A stretch of 64,000 nucleotides of DNA, taken from positions 340,258-404,257 of the forward strand of contig CP060231.1 in NCBI GenBank assembly GCA_023898625.1, in the 5' to 3' direction. The DNA comes from Candidatus Nomurabacteria bacterium. GTDB lineage: Bacteria; Patescibacteriota; Saccharimonadia; Saccharimonadales; JAGQNJ01. Both the position numbers and the translations under genes were made by a program. Shown one piece after another: positions 45,025 to 54,727 of the stretch (position 1 is its first letter; the number at the start of each line of letters is the position of its first letter). Under the pieces are notes generated by a model. It saw nothing but the letters and a program-made list of their open reading frames with translations, was not told the DNA's origin and ran no database searches.

Positions 45025-45072
45025 AGTATAAATCACGTTATTATAGCGAGTCAAGTAGCGATAATAACGTGA
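45025..45072 (-). promoter_or_regulatory. 12-bp perfect inverted repeat overlapping a promoter-like TTGACT-18-TATACT upstream of ATPase paralogue 2
   Basis: TCACGTTATTAT (45033-45044) / ATAATAACGTGA (45061-45072), 16-nt spacer. On the minus strand, TTGACT (45049-45054), 18 nt, TATACT (45025-45030), then 7 nt to the ATG at 45017. Confidence 0.4.
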
Positions 45073-45094
45073 ATATAGAAATTGATTATGTTAA

Positions 45095-45640
45095 TTATAT
45101 TTCTAAAGTATCTTTAAGAAATGGGTGACTGAGGTCTTTTTCAGACACGATTGCATGCTTCTGTGCTATCGGCCATTTGATATCAAGGGCTGGATCGAAT
45201 AGATTTATTAGGGTGTATTTTGAGTTAGGTGACCAGTGATCATTGACCAAGTATGTGTATGTTACATTTTCTTCAAGAGTTTGGTAGCCGTTAGCAACTC
45301 CTCGTGGAACGAAGATTGCTATATTTGGAGTAATTTCAGCAGTAAACACTTTTCCATAACTAGATCCTTTGCGTAGATCTACCCATGCACCAAAAACTCT
45401 TCCGTTAGCTACTGAAATAAATTTTTCCCAAGGTTCAGCATGAAGTCCACGCGTAACCCCAACCTTTTCGTTGTAGGAAAAATTATTTTGAACAATATCA
45501 AATGCAGGTAGCCCAAGAGCTTCCATTTTTGTTTTTTGATAATTTTCTTTGAACCAGCCCCTATTGTCGCCATATACAACTAAATCAATAACAAATAGCC
45601 CTGTGATAGGTGATTCAGTAACTTTTATTTCACTCGACAT
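45095..45640 (-). CDS. rfbC: dTDP-4-dehydrorhamnose 3,5-epimerase
   Basis: 'DNRGWFKE', 'RGLHAEPW', 'FVPRGVANGYQTL'. ATG at 45640 is preferred over GTG at 45667. Confidence 0.93.
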   Translation of the reverse strand: MSSEIKVTESPITGLFVIDLVVYGDNRGWFKENYQKTKMEALGLPAFDIVQNNFSYNEKVGVTRGLHAEPWEKFISVANGRVFGAWVDLRKGSSYGKVFTAEITPNIAIFVPRGVANGYQTLEENVTYTYLVNDHWSPNSKYTLINLFDPALDIKWPIAQKHAIVSEKDLSHPFLKDTLEI

Positions 45641-45759
45641 ATGGCAATAGTATACATTAATGTCCACCTTCTTTTATTTGATTACCTTCAATTAGATGTT
45701 GGCTAAAAGGTTTTTCATTATGTTAGAACCGAAATAAATTTAGCTATGGAGTACTGTTT

Positions 45760-46794
<1,035 letters not shown>

Positions 46795-48126
46795 TTAATT
46801 TTTGATGTGCGTAGTGACTTTGTCAACAAGCTGATTAAGTTTGTCTTTGGTTTTGGCTTCAATATTGAGTCGTAGAATTGGTTCGGTATTGCTGGGCCGA
46901 ATATTAATCCAGGCGTCATCAAACCAAACTGTCAATCCATCCAACGTATCTTGTTTGTTATCTTTAAATAGCTTGGATATTCTTGTGATCATGGCTTGTT
47001 TGTCTTTAACTTCAAAGTTGGTTTCGGCAATATGGTGATATTTATTAAACTGACTTACAAGACTAGACAGGGGTTTGTTACTGATAGATAGAACATACAA
47101 CGCAACAACACAGGCAATTAGGCCCGAATCAGCGTTGTAATTATCTCTAAAATAATAATGACCACTACTTTCTCCAGCAAAAATAGCATTGTGTTTGCGC
47201 ATTTCTGCCTTTATGTACGAGTGACCTACTTTAGTGCGAATGGCGGTTCCTCCGTAACTCTTCACTATTTCTGGAACAATCCAGCCACATGTGGCGTTAT
47301 AAAGAATTGTTTGATTAGGGTCTTGTTGCAGAAAGAAATCAGCTAGCATGGCCGTAAGAGCTGTGCCACTAATAGCATGTCCGTTCTCATCAATCAGAAC
47401 TGCACGGTCGCCATCACCATCAAAAGCCACACCAACGTCGGCATTCTCTGTTTTTACGCGGTTAATTAAGTCTTGAATATTGGCTGGTTCGATAGGATTG
47501 GCGATATGATTAGGAAATGTTCCGTCGAGCTCAAAGTACATTTCGGTAACCTCAAGAGGCAAACGGGGTTCCAGGTGGGGTATTATTTTTCCGGCCATTC
47601 CGTTGCCGGCATCGATGATAACCTTCAGGGGTTTGAGCTTATCGATATCAATAAAACTCAAGACATGATTTAGCCAGTCGTTTATAACATCTTTCTGCGA
47701 AATAGTGCCTTCTGGTTTTGCTTGCCAAGTATTAGTTATTGCTAGGTCGCGTATTTCTGCCAGTCCAGATTCAATGCCGATTGGTTTGGCTTGTTCGCCA
47801 CAGAACTTAATTCCGTTATACTCCCCTGGATTATGGCTAGCTGTAATCATAATTCCTCCAGCAAGGTTATAAAATCCTGCTGAAAAGTAAATCATATCAC
47901 TAGTAACTTGGCCGACATCAATAACGTCACGACCTTGATTAACTAGACCGTTAATCATAGCTTTAGCTAGCTCCTCAGAGTCTGGGCGCATGTCTCTCCC
48001 AACCGCCACAGACCCTTTAGTTGGTAACCAATTTGCAACTGCTTTACCAATACTATTAACAACATCAGGTGTTAACTCGCTACCAACCTTACCGCGAACA
48101 TCATAAGCTTTAAATATTTGATCCAT
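46795..48126 (-). CDS. Phosphomannomutase/phosphoglucomutase
   Basis: Active-site loop 'TASHNPGEYNGIKF', Mg site 'FDGDGDR', 'GESSGH'. Confidence 0.92.
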   Translation of the reverse strand: MDQIFKAYDVRGKVGSELTPDVVNSIGKAVANWLPTKGSVAVGRDMRPDSEELAKAMINGLVNQGRDVIDVGQVTSDMIYFSAGFYNLAGGIMITASHNPGEYNGIKFCGEQAKPIGIESGLAEIRDLAITNTWQAKPEGTISQKDVINDWLNHVLSFIDIDKLKPLKVIIDAGNGMAGKIIPHLEPRLPLEVTEMYFELDGTFPNHIANPIEPANIQDLINRVKTENADVGVAFDGDGDRAVLIDENGHAISGTALTAMLADFFLQQDPNQTILYNATCGWIVPEIVKSYGGTAIRTKVGHSYIKAEMRKHNAIFAGESSGHYYFRDNYNADSGLIACVVALYVLSISNKPLSSLVSQFNKYHHIAETNFEVKDKQAMITRISKLFKDNKQDTLDGLTVWFDDAWINIRPSNTEPILRLNIEAKTKDKLNQLVDKVTTHIKN

Positions 48127-48202
48127 TCTTATATGGTATATGAAAGGTTGAGATATCAGAAATACTTGTCAAACCTGATATAATATTACGCAGAGGAAGA
48201 AA

Positions 48203-48625
48203 ATGAACACAACAATAGCCTTGAAGAATAAATTTCAACCAGTTCGTAAATCAAAATTACCTGTTAGTTTACGTACACATAAGGACGAGGCCAAATATTT
48301 ACAGGCTAAGCAAAGAGGTGTTGCAAGAAGGCCTTTATATGAAGAAACCCCAATACAAATTTGGAATAATTGGATGTTGATAGAAAATCAGTTTCCTTAC
48401 AACGCCGTTTTTGATACTCATCATATGTTAGTACCTAGGCGTGGAGGCGTAATAAAGGCTGATCTATCAAAAACAGAACGCCAAGAGCTCGAAGACATTC
48501 TAGACGAACTTAGCGATATATATGATTGTTACATGGTTAATTACCCTAAGAAGCAATCGATAAAATCGCATTATCATATCCACTTATTGACATACAAAAC
48601 AGATCGTCGAGATTTGAAGTTATAG
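48203..48625 (+). CDS. Small HIT-like protein
   Basis: C-terminal histidine triad 'SHYHIHLL' (HxHxHxx). 'IENQFPYNAVFDTHHMLVPRR' resembles the HIT/GalT-like substrate loop. Confidence 0.45.
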   Translation: MNTTIALKNKFQPVRKSKLPVSLRTHKDEAKYLQAKQRGVARRPLYEETPIQIWNNWMLIENQFPYNAVFDTHHMLVPRRGGVIKADLSKTERQELEDILDELSDIYDCYMVNYPKKQSIKSHYHIHLLTYKTDRRDLKL

Positions 48626-49633
48626 CTACTGCTGTTGTTGCCAATGCCAAGCATCTTTTAGGGCGTCACCCAGCGACAAGGTGGATTTCCAGTGTAGAGT
48701 CTTGTTGGCTTTTGATGTATCAGCATAAATTTCGATAATATCTCCAGGGCGTCGGGGTCCAATTTTGTAAGGCACTTTTATATTATTGACAGACTCGAAG
48801 GTGTTTATTATTTCTAGTACGCTAGCACCTTTGCCGGTTCCGATATTTATAGCATCGTAAAAATTTTGGTTATTTAGGAGGGTGTCAAGAGCTTTGACAT
48901 GGGCTTTTGCTAGATCAACGACGTGAATATAATCTCTTATACAGGTTCCATCTGGAGTATCATAATCGTCGCCATTAACAGTGAGTTCTGGGCGAATTCC
49001 TGAGGCCGTTTGGGTAACGTAAGGTACGAGATTAGCGGGTGTGCCGATAGGGAGTTCGCCAATTTTGCCACTTGGGTGAGCTCCAATTGGATTAAAATAA
49101 CGTAGAGCAACGGCAGATTTTATAAGACCCGCGCTGTAACAGTCTTTAAGAATGGTTTCGCACATTTGCTTAGTTGCACCGTAGGGTGATTCAGCGGGTT
49201 TGAATGGCGATTCTTCGGTGATTGGCAGATTATCTGGTTCGCCATAAACCGTACAGGATGACGAGAAAACTAAATTAGAAACTCGGTGTTGGGCTAAAGT
49301 TCGTAGCAAAGTAATAAAGTTTGCCACATTATTTTGATAGTAATCTAAGGGCTTGGCTGATGATTCGCCAACTGCCTTAAAGGCTGCGAAGTGAATAACT
49401 CCTGAAATATCATACTTTTTGAATATGCTATTAAGAATATCTAGATCTGCAAAGTTGCCTTGAATAAATTGGGGTGGAGTTTTGGTGATATCGGTTATGC
49501 CCTGCAAAACAGAGTCTCTTGAATTACTTAAGTCATCAATAATTATCGGATTGTATCCACTACTAATCAGTTCAACAACGGTGTGTGATCCAATAAATCC
49601 AAGTCCGCCTGTCACTAGTACATTTTTTGACAT
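48626..49633 (-). CDS. galE: UDP-glucose 4-epimerase
   Basis: 'VLVTGGLGFIGSH', 'YGATKQMCE' (YxxxK). 335 aa. Confidence 0.93.
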   Translation of the reverse strand: MSKNVLVTGGLGFIGSHTVVELISSGYNPIIIDDLSNSRDSVLQGITDITKTPPQFIQGNFADLDILNSIFKKYDISGVIHFAAFKAVGESSAKPLDYYQNNVANFITLLRTLAQHRVSNLVFSSSCTVYGEPDNLPITEESPFKPAESPYGATKQMCETILKDCYSAGLIKSAVALRYFNPIGAHPSGKIGELPIGTPANLVPYVTQTASGIRPELTVNGDDYDTPDGTCIRDYIHVVDLAKAHVKALDTLLNNQNFYDAINIGTGKGASVLEIINTFESVNNIKVPYKIGPRRPGDIIEIYADTSKANKTLHWKSTLSLGDALKDAWHWQQQQ

Positions 49634-49846
49634 AATCTAATATTGATTATATCAAGATTAATTATCGATTGCCTGATTGAATGTTGTAATATCTAATTTG
49701 TATTTTTTAGAACATTTTTTGACACATCTGCCGATGTTTATAAAAAACTCAAAGCGTAATGAATCGGTAACTAGGAAATCATGAGCAATTTCTGATTAGT
49801 GATGGCTGAAATATATTAGTTGCCACAATCAAGTCATGGGGGATTG

Positions 49847-51160
49847 ATGAAGATTTTGGGTAAATTAGTAAGGTACGGGAAAGTTCTTTGGTTGGTGGGT
49901 GTCGTGTTGCTGAGCGCAAACACTTCTTTATTAACAAAAACAAAAGTCGAAGCGAGTAGTTATCCTTGGGGTGGTGCTGTTTGTGTGGCAACCGGACAGG
50001 TTAGCGGAAAGTGTCCAAATTACGAGTGGTCATATAATGGGCAAGTTCGCAATTCCGCAACAGGCAACTATTATTATAGGAATTGCACAGACTATGTTGC
50101 TTGGCGATTAATAAATTCTGGCATTCCGTTATCGAAAGTTTCTGGTCTTGGAGGAGCTGGCTCTTGGGATGACAATGCACCACGAAAAGGTTTGACTGTT
50201 AGTGGGGTGCCAACACCAGGTTCGGCTGGTGTTGATGAGCGTTACGGGCATGTGGTTTATGTAGATAGTGTTAGTGGATCTACAATAACAATTTCTGAAT
50301 TTAATTGGGGCAGTACTGGTAGTTATGGCTCGCGTACCGGTACGGCAGGGCAGTTAGGGTTGTCAAAGTTTGTAAGTTTTGGTTCGAGCCAACAAAGTAG
50401 TGGCTCTTATGAACAATATTATTCAGGAAGTGGCGTAAAATCGGCAAGTTTCTTGGGAACCGACAGGTTATATCCAGGGCAGGTAATGCGAGCTAATCAA
50501 TATATAGAATCATTCAATACAAAATATGTCTTGTTGATGCAACCAGATGGCAACTTGGTAGAGTATGGTGGAGAAGCATTTAATCCAGTTTGGAATACCA
50601 GAACATCAGGTAATCCTGGGGCATACGTAGCTTATCAGCCAGATGGAAATCTAGTTGTTTATGCGTCTGACGGCAGGCCACTTTGGTGGTCGGGCATGAG
50701 ATCTGGATCGAATCAACTAGTATTACAAAACGATGGACACCTGGTTAACTATAATCCTTGGCATAACCCACTTTGGTATACGGGCGTATACTTCGCAGAT
50801 AATACTTTTTATGCTGGCACTAACGTAATAAATTCAGGCGGTAGGCTAATACAGAATCAGTATATAAGATCTGGAGATGGTAGATATAGCTTACGTATGC
50901 AAGCCGATGGTAATCTGGTTATTTATGGACCAGGAAGCCATGCCTTATGGAATACCAGAACGTTTGGTAATCCTGGGTCAAGGCTTGAGGTTCAATATGA
51001 TGGTAATCTGGTCATCTATAACAGATATGGTGGCGCAATTTGGTGGTCGGGAATGAGAGCAAACTCTAAGCTTCTTTTCATGCAGTCAGACGGAAACCTC
51101 GTACAGTATGATTTATGGTGGAGACCGTTATGGAATGCCGGCACCAACGGCAGGTTATAG
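49847..51160 (+). CDS. Secreted CHAP-domain hydrolase fused to two bulb-type (monocot mannose-binding) lectin domains
   Basis: ATG at 49847 with a GGGGGA SD. Signal/anchor VLWLVGVVLLSA. CHAP 'YYRNCTDYVAWRL...YGHVVYVDSV' (~49960-50375). Six QxDxNxVxY-type motifs: QPDGNLVEY, QPDGNLVVY, QNDGHLVNY, QADGNLVIY, QYDGNLVIY, QSDGNLVQY (~50450-51157). Confidence 0.8.
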   Translation: MKILGKLVRYGKVLWLVGVVLLSANTSLLTKTKVEASSYPWGGAVCVATGQVSGKCPNYEWSYNGQVRNSATGNYYYRNCTDYVAWRLINSGIPLSKVSGLGGAGSWDDNAPRKGLTVSGVPTPGSAGVDERYGHVVYVDSVSGSTITISEFNWGSTGSYGSRTGTAGQLGLSKFVSFGSSQQSSGSYEQYYSGSGVKSASFLGTDRLYPGQVMRANQYIESFNTKYVLLMQPDGNLVEYGGEAFNPVWNTRTSGNPGAYVAYQPDGNLVVYASDGRPLWWSGMRSGSNQLVLQNDGHLVNYNPWHNPLWYTGVYFADNTFYAGTNVINSGGRLIQNQYIRSGDGRYSLRMQADGNLVIYGPGSHALWNTRTFGNPGSRLEVQYDGNLVIYNRYGGAIWWSGMRANSKLLFMQSDGNLVQYDLWWRPLWNAGTNGRL

Positions 51161-51164
51161 GGCG

Positions 51165-52232
51165 CTACGGTAAGTGTTTACCTAACGATGTTTTAAATTC
51201 ATCCTGACTGAACTGAGAAGGAAATGGAACCTTCCTGATTGGGTCATAGTTCTCTAAAGCTTTCATAAGACTATCAACGGTTTGCTTCTCAAAGAAAACA
51301 CCTGTTTCACCTGGTTTTATATAGTCCAGGGCGCCACCAGACCGATAGGCGATCACTGGACAACCGGAAGCAATTGCTTCAACTGCTACTATTCCAAAGT
51401 CATCAATTCCTGGGAAAATAAAACCTTCGGCTGATTGAAAAGCGTCGATAAGTTGACTGTCAGATACATTGGTTTTAAAGGTAACTGATGGCCCTGCAAG
51501 GTTGCGTAATTTTTGATTTTCTGGACCGTCACCTATTACTAACAATGGTTTATTAAGACGTGAACAGGCCTTTACGGCTAAATCAAAACGCTTATATGGT
51601 GTTTGTCTACCCGCAATTACAAAACCACTACTCTTATGTTGTTTTATGGGCTTAAATCTTTCAACATCGACAGGAGGAAAGACCACTAAACTTTCTCGAT
51701 TGTAGTATTTTTTGATTTGTTTTTTAGTATATGTAGAGTTGGCGATTATCATATCTGGACGCTGGCTGGCTTTGTAATCCCATTTTCTTAGTGGAGAAAC
51801 TAAAATCTTTAGCCCCAAACGTGCTAGAGGGTCGAACACTCCAAAGCCCGGATGCTTCAAATATTCATCGTACCTGCTCCAATAATAGTGTGTCGGTGCA
51901 TGTATATAGGCAACATGCTTTGTCTGCTTATTGGTAATAACTCCTTTGGCTTCGGCTCCGCTAGAGGAGATGACCAAATCATAATCTGAGAAATCTAACG
52001 ACTCGAACCACTTAATACGTAGAAAAGGAATAAACTTTCTTAACTTGCTAAAGGGCCAATTTTGCAAATAACCGGTTATAACTTTGTTGTTAAGTCGTTG
52101 GCGCCATTCATCAGTAGCGTAGCTGGTATAGATTGGCGCATCTGGGTATATTTGATGGATTGCTTCAACTACTTTTTCGGCTCCTCCACCAATAAGCCAG
52201 TCGTGAACTATGGCGACTTTTAGTTTGCTCAC
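51165..52232 (-). CDS. Glycosyltransferase family 4
   Basis: 'KVAIVHDWLIGGGAEKV', and C-terminal 'DDFGIVAVEAIASGCPVIAYRSGGALDYI'. Confidence 0.85.
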   Translation of the reverse strand: MSKLKVAIVHDWLIGGGAEKVVEAIHQIYPDAPIYTSYATDEWRQRLNNKVITGYLQNWPFSKLRKFIPFLRIKWFESLDFSDYDLVISSSGAEAKGVITNKQTKHVAYIHAPTHYYWSRYDEYLKHPGFGVFDPLARLGLKILVSPLRKWDYKASQRPDMIIANSTYTKKQIKKYYNRESLVVFPPVDVERFKPIKQHKSSGFVIAGRQTPYKRFDLAVKACSRLNKPLLVIGDGPENQKLRNLAGPSVTFKTNVSDSQLIDAFQSAEGFIFPGIDDFGIVAVEAIASGCPVIAYRSGGALDYIKPGETGVFFEKQTVDSLMKALENYDPIRKVPFPSQFSQDEFKTSLGKHLP

Positions 52233-53659
52233 TTTGCTCCTCGACCGTTAATAATAATCCGGAACGTTTTGGCTAGAATTATTAAGTCTAACCAGAAATT
52301 CCAGTTTTGAACATAATACACGTCTAGTTTGCGACGCTCATCAAAACTAATATCTTTTCGCCCAGAAACTTGAGCTAAACCAGTAACGCCAGATTTAACG
52401 CTTAAAATGTGATGGTTATTCTTAGCCTGCTTTATTTCTTCTGGAACTAAGGCTCGTGGCCCTACTAAGCTAATATCACCCTTGATAACATTCCAAAGCT
52501 GGGGTAGTTCATCAAGGCTGGAAACTCGTAAAACATGGCCCAGCTTAGAAATACGGGGATCATCTGGTAAATAATCGCCATTTTGCCGATATTGTCGAGC
52601 TAGATCTGGTTTGTTGATTTTTGCAAAGGCTTCCTCCGGGCTTATTCCACTAAATTTATGTTTCATGGTACGAAATTTATAGATTGTGAAAGTGCGATTA
52701 TATCTGGTGATCCTTTTTTGTTTAAAAATTGGAGACCCAAAATCGGATAAGAACACCAATAGAGCTATAACTAAGTATACCGGCGATAACAAAACTACTA
52801 AGGGTAGGGCGATCGCCAAATCAAATAATCGTTTGACTATTCTACCCCATCCACTCAAGGCAGTTTGGCTAACCGCCACAACAGGTATGGATGATCTAAA
52901 TAATTCGACATCAATATTTCCAACGAAAAGCTCGGTGTTTCCAGGAATAAATCGGTACGAAATATGGTTTTGTTGAGCATATTCGAGGACTTCGTTGTTT
53001 TTGTTCGGGCTATTATATAAGTCGGCCTGGATAATAGCGTGAATATTTTTAGATGTTAACTGTTTGCAGGCATTTGAAAAGCTGTCAAAAACCTTAATTT
53101 TAGTTGGTAAGGCTTCTTTGTAGCCAACGACACCAATAGTTCGATAGCCTGAATTTTTATCATTAAATAGATCAACCAACTCTTTGATCACTGGAGAATC
53201 GCCAATAAGCAGTAAATTACTAACACCTATGCCGTAACGAAATAACCTACTACGAATAAATCTAGCTAGATTACGAAAAATTACTAATAAAGATACTGAT
53301 AATATAAAGCCATAGGCGGGCACTAAACGCGCCGGAAATATGGTTTCTTTGCTAACATAGGCAATACTCAGAATGAATAACAGGCCTACGAAGGACCCAA
53401 TAACAAGACGTCCAAATTCAGAGAATCGCTTTTCATAAATTGAGCTACTATATAGGCCAATTAGGGCAAAAATCACAATCCAGAAAGATGTAAGAACGAT
53501 TAGTGTCGCAAAAAATGAACGTGCCGAAACAAATTCTATCAGAGATCTTTCATCAATCTTGACTCGTAATATATAGGCAATAACAAAAGCAGACAGAATG
53601 GCGAAAAAATCAAGTATTATTAAACAAAAACTGTAAACAAAGGACGCGTTGTTCTTCAT
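52229..53659 (-). CDS. Polyprenyl-phosphate hexose-1-phosphate transferase (WbaP/sugar transferase family), initiating enzyme
   Basis: Four or five N-terminal TM segments. C-terminal 'SPIFKQKRITRYNRTFTIYKFRTM...LDELPQLWNVIKGDISLVGPR'. ATG at 53659 (AGGA SD) is preferred over 53710. Confidence 0.88.
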   Translation of the reverse strand: MKNNASFVYSFCLIILDFFAILSAFVIAYILRVKIDERSLIEFVSARSFFATLIVLTSFWIVIFALIGLYSSSIYEKRFSEFGRLVIGSFVGLLFILSIAYVSKETIFPARLVPAYGFILSVSLLVIFRNLARFIRSRLFRYGIGVSNLLLIGDSPVIKELVDLFNDKNSGYRTIGVVGYKEALPTKIKVFDSFSNACKQLTSKNIHAIIQADLYNSPNKNNEVLEYAQQNHISYRFIPGNTELFVGNIDVELFRSSIPVVAVSQTALSGWGRIVKRLFDLAIALPLVVLLSPVYLVIALLVFLSDFGSPIFKQKRITRYNRTFTIYKFRTMKHKFSGISPEEAFAKINKPDLARQYRQNGDYLPDDPRISKLGHVLRVSSLDELPQLWNVIKGDISLVGPRALVPEEIKQAKNNHHILSVKSGVTGLAQVSGRKDISFDERRKLDVYYVQNWNFWLDLIILAKTFRIIINGRGAK

Positions 53660-53739
53660 AATCCTAACTGTATAATAACAGCTTAAGGGGTTAATAAGAA
53701 CCATAAACATTTTAAAACTGCTATACTATATGTAATCTG

Positions 53740-54234
53740 ATGAAACAAAAAACTAAGAAAAACAAGCAAAATATTAAACAAATAATTCAGTACTCAATCA
53801 CTGGGGGAGCTTGGTTTTGGTCTGGTTATGCAATGTTTGCTCTATGTTATTCGTTCTTTGGGTTAGATATTGTTTCGTCAAAGATCATTTCTTACGTCTT
53901 TGGCCTGGTTGTTAACTTTTTACTTGAACGATTCTGGGTTTTTGAGGATAAGGACTCTCGAAAAAATCTTGATAAAGTTACGTTGCGATATATCTTGCTT
54001 TCTATAATAAATCTTGGAATCGATACCTTTATAGTTTGGGGTTTGAGTCAAGTTGGTATTTCTCCATATATTGGTCAATTTGTATCGGCCGGATTTTTTA
54101 CAGTTTGGAACTATGTTTGGTATAAACTATGGGTATTCGCACGCAAGACAACACCTCATCCACGGCGTGCAGCTTCGCCAACATTAAAGAGGCCAAGGGT
54201 AGTTAAGCGAAGAAAATTAAACACGAAGAAATAA
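53740..54234 (+). CDS. GtrA-family membrane protein with basic C-tail
   Basis: 'IIQYSITGGAWFWSGYAMFALCY', 'NFLLERFWVF'. 4 TM segments. Confidence 0.75.
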   Translation: MKQKTKKNKQNIKQIIQYSITGGAWFWSGYAMFALCYSFFGLDIVSSKIISYVFGLVVNFLLERFWVFEDKDSRKNLDKVTLRYILLSIINLGIDTFIVWGLSQVGISPYIGQFVSAGFFTVWNYVWYKLWVFARKTTPHPRRAASPTLKRPRVVKRRKLNTKK

Positions 54235-54238
54235 ATCT

Positions 54239-54709
54239 ATGGGAAGCAATATTAATAAACCAACAGAAACAACTAGACCAACAAAAAAACAAAAAGCATT
54301 ACTAGATTTTATTAGCGAATTTATTGCCCAGCATGGCTATAGTCCAAGTTATAGAGAGATAAAATCTGGCCTGAACTACAATTCGGTAGCCACAGTTGCA
54401 CTACATATCAACAGTTTAGTAGCAAGAGGGCACTTAATTAAGCGTGATCACTCAGCTAGATCATTGGAGCCAGTAAAGGGCGCAGAAGAATCCATAAAAA
54501 CAAATCGAGTTACAGAAAAAGAAGAGAAGTGGTTGGTTAAGAAGATAGAGTACTATTTTATGACTGCCGAACAAGAACAAGATCCATCACAAGATCAAAT
54601 TAATCAACTTTACGTATTGGTTGGTGCTTTAAAGATTCTTGGTTTTGATGGCGCATCACAAAGCTTTATCTCGAGATTAAGTAGCTTAAAGAATTCATCC
54701 AAAAGGTAA
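54239..54709 (+). CDS. LexA-N-terminal-type winged-helix DNA-binding protein lacking the S24 peptidase domain
   Basis: 'TKKQKALLDFISEFIAQHGYSPSYREIKSGLNYNSVATVALHINSLVARGHLIKR' matches the LexA DNA-binding domain pattern. The C-terminal ~80 aa have no Ser/Lys peptidase motifs. Confidence 0.6.
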   Translation: MGSNINKPTETTRPTKKQKALLDFISEFIAQHGYSPSYREIKSGLNYNSVATVALHINSLVARGHLIKRDHSARSLEPVKGAEESIKTNRVTEKEEKWLVKKIEYYFMTAEQEQDPSQDQINQLYVLVGALKILGFDGASQSFISRLSSLKNSSKR

Positions 54710-54727
54710 TTGAGGTAGTATATTTAT

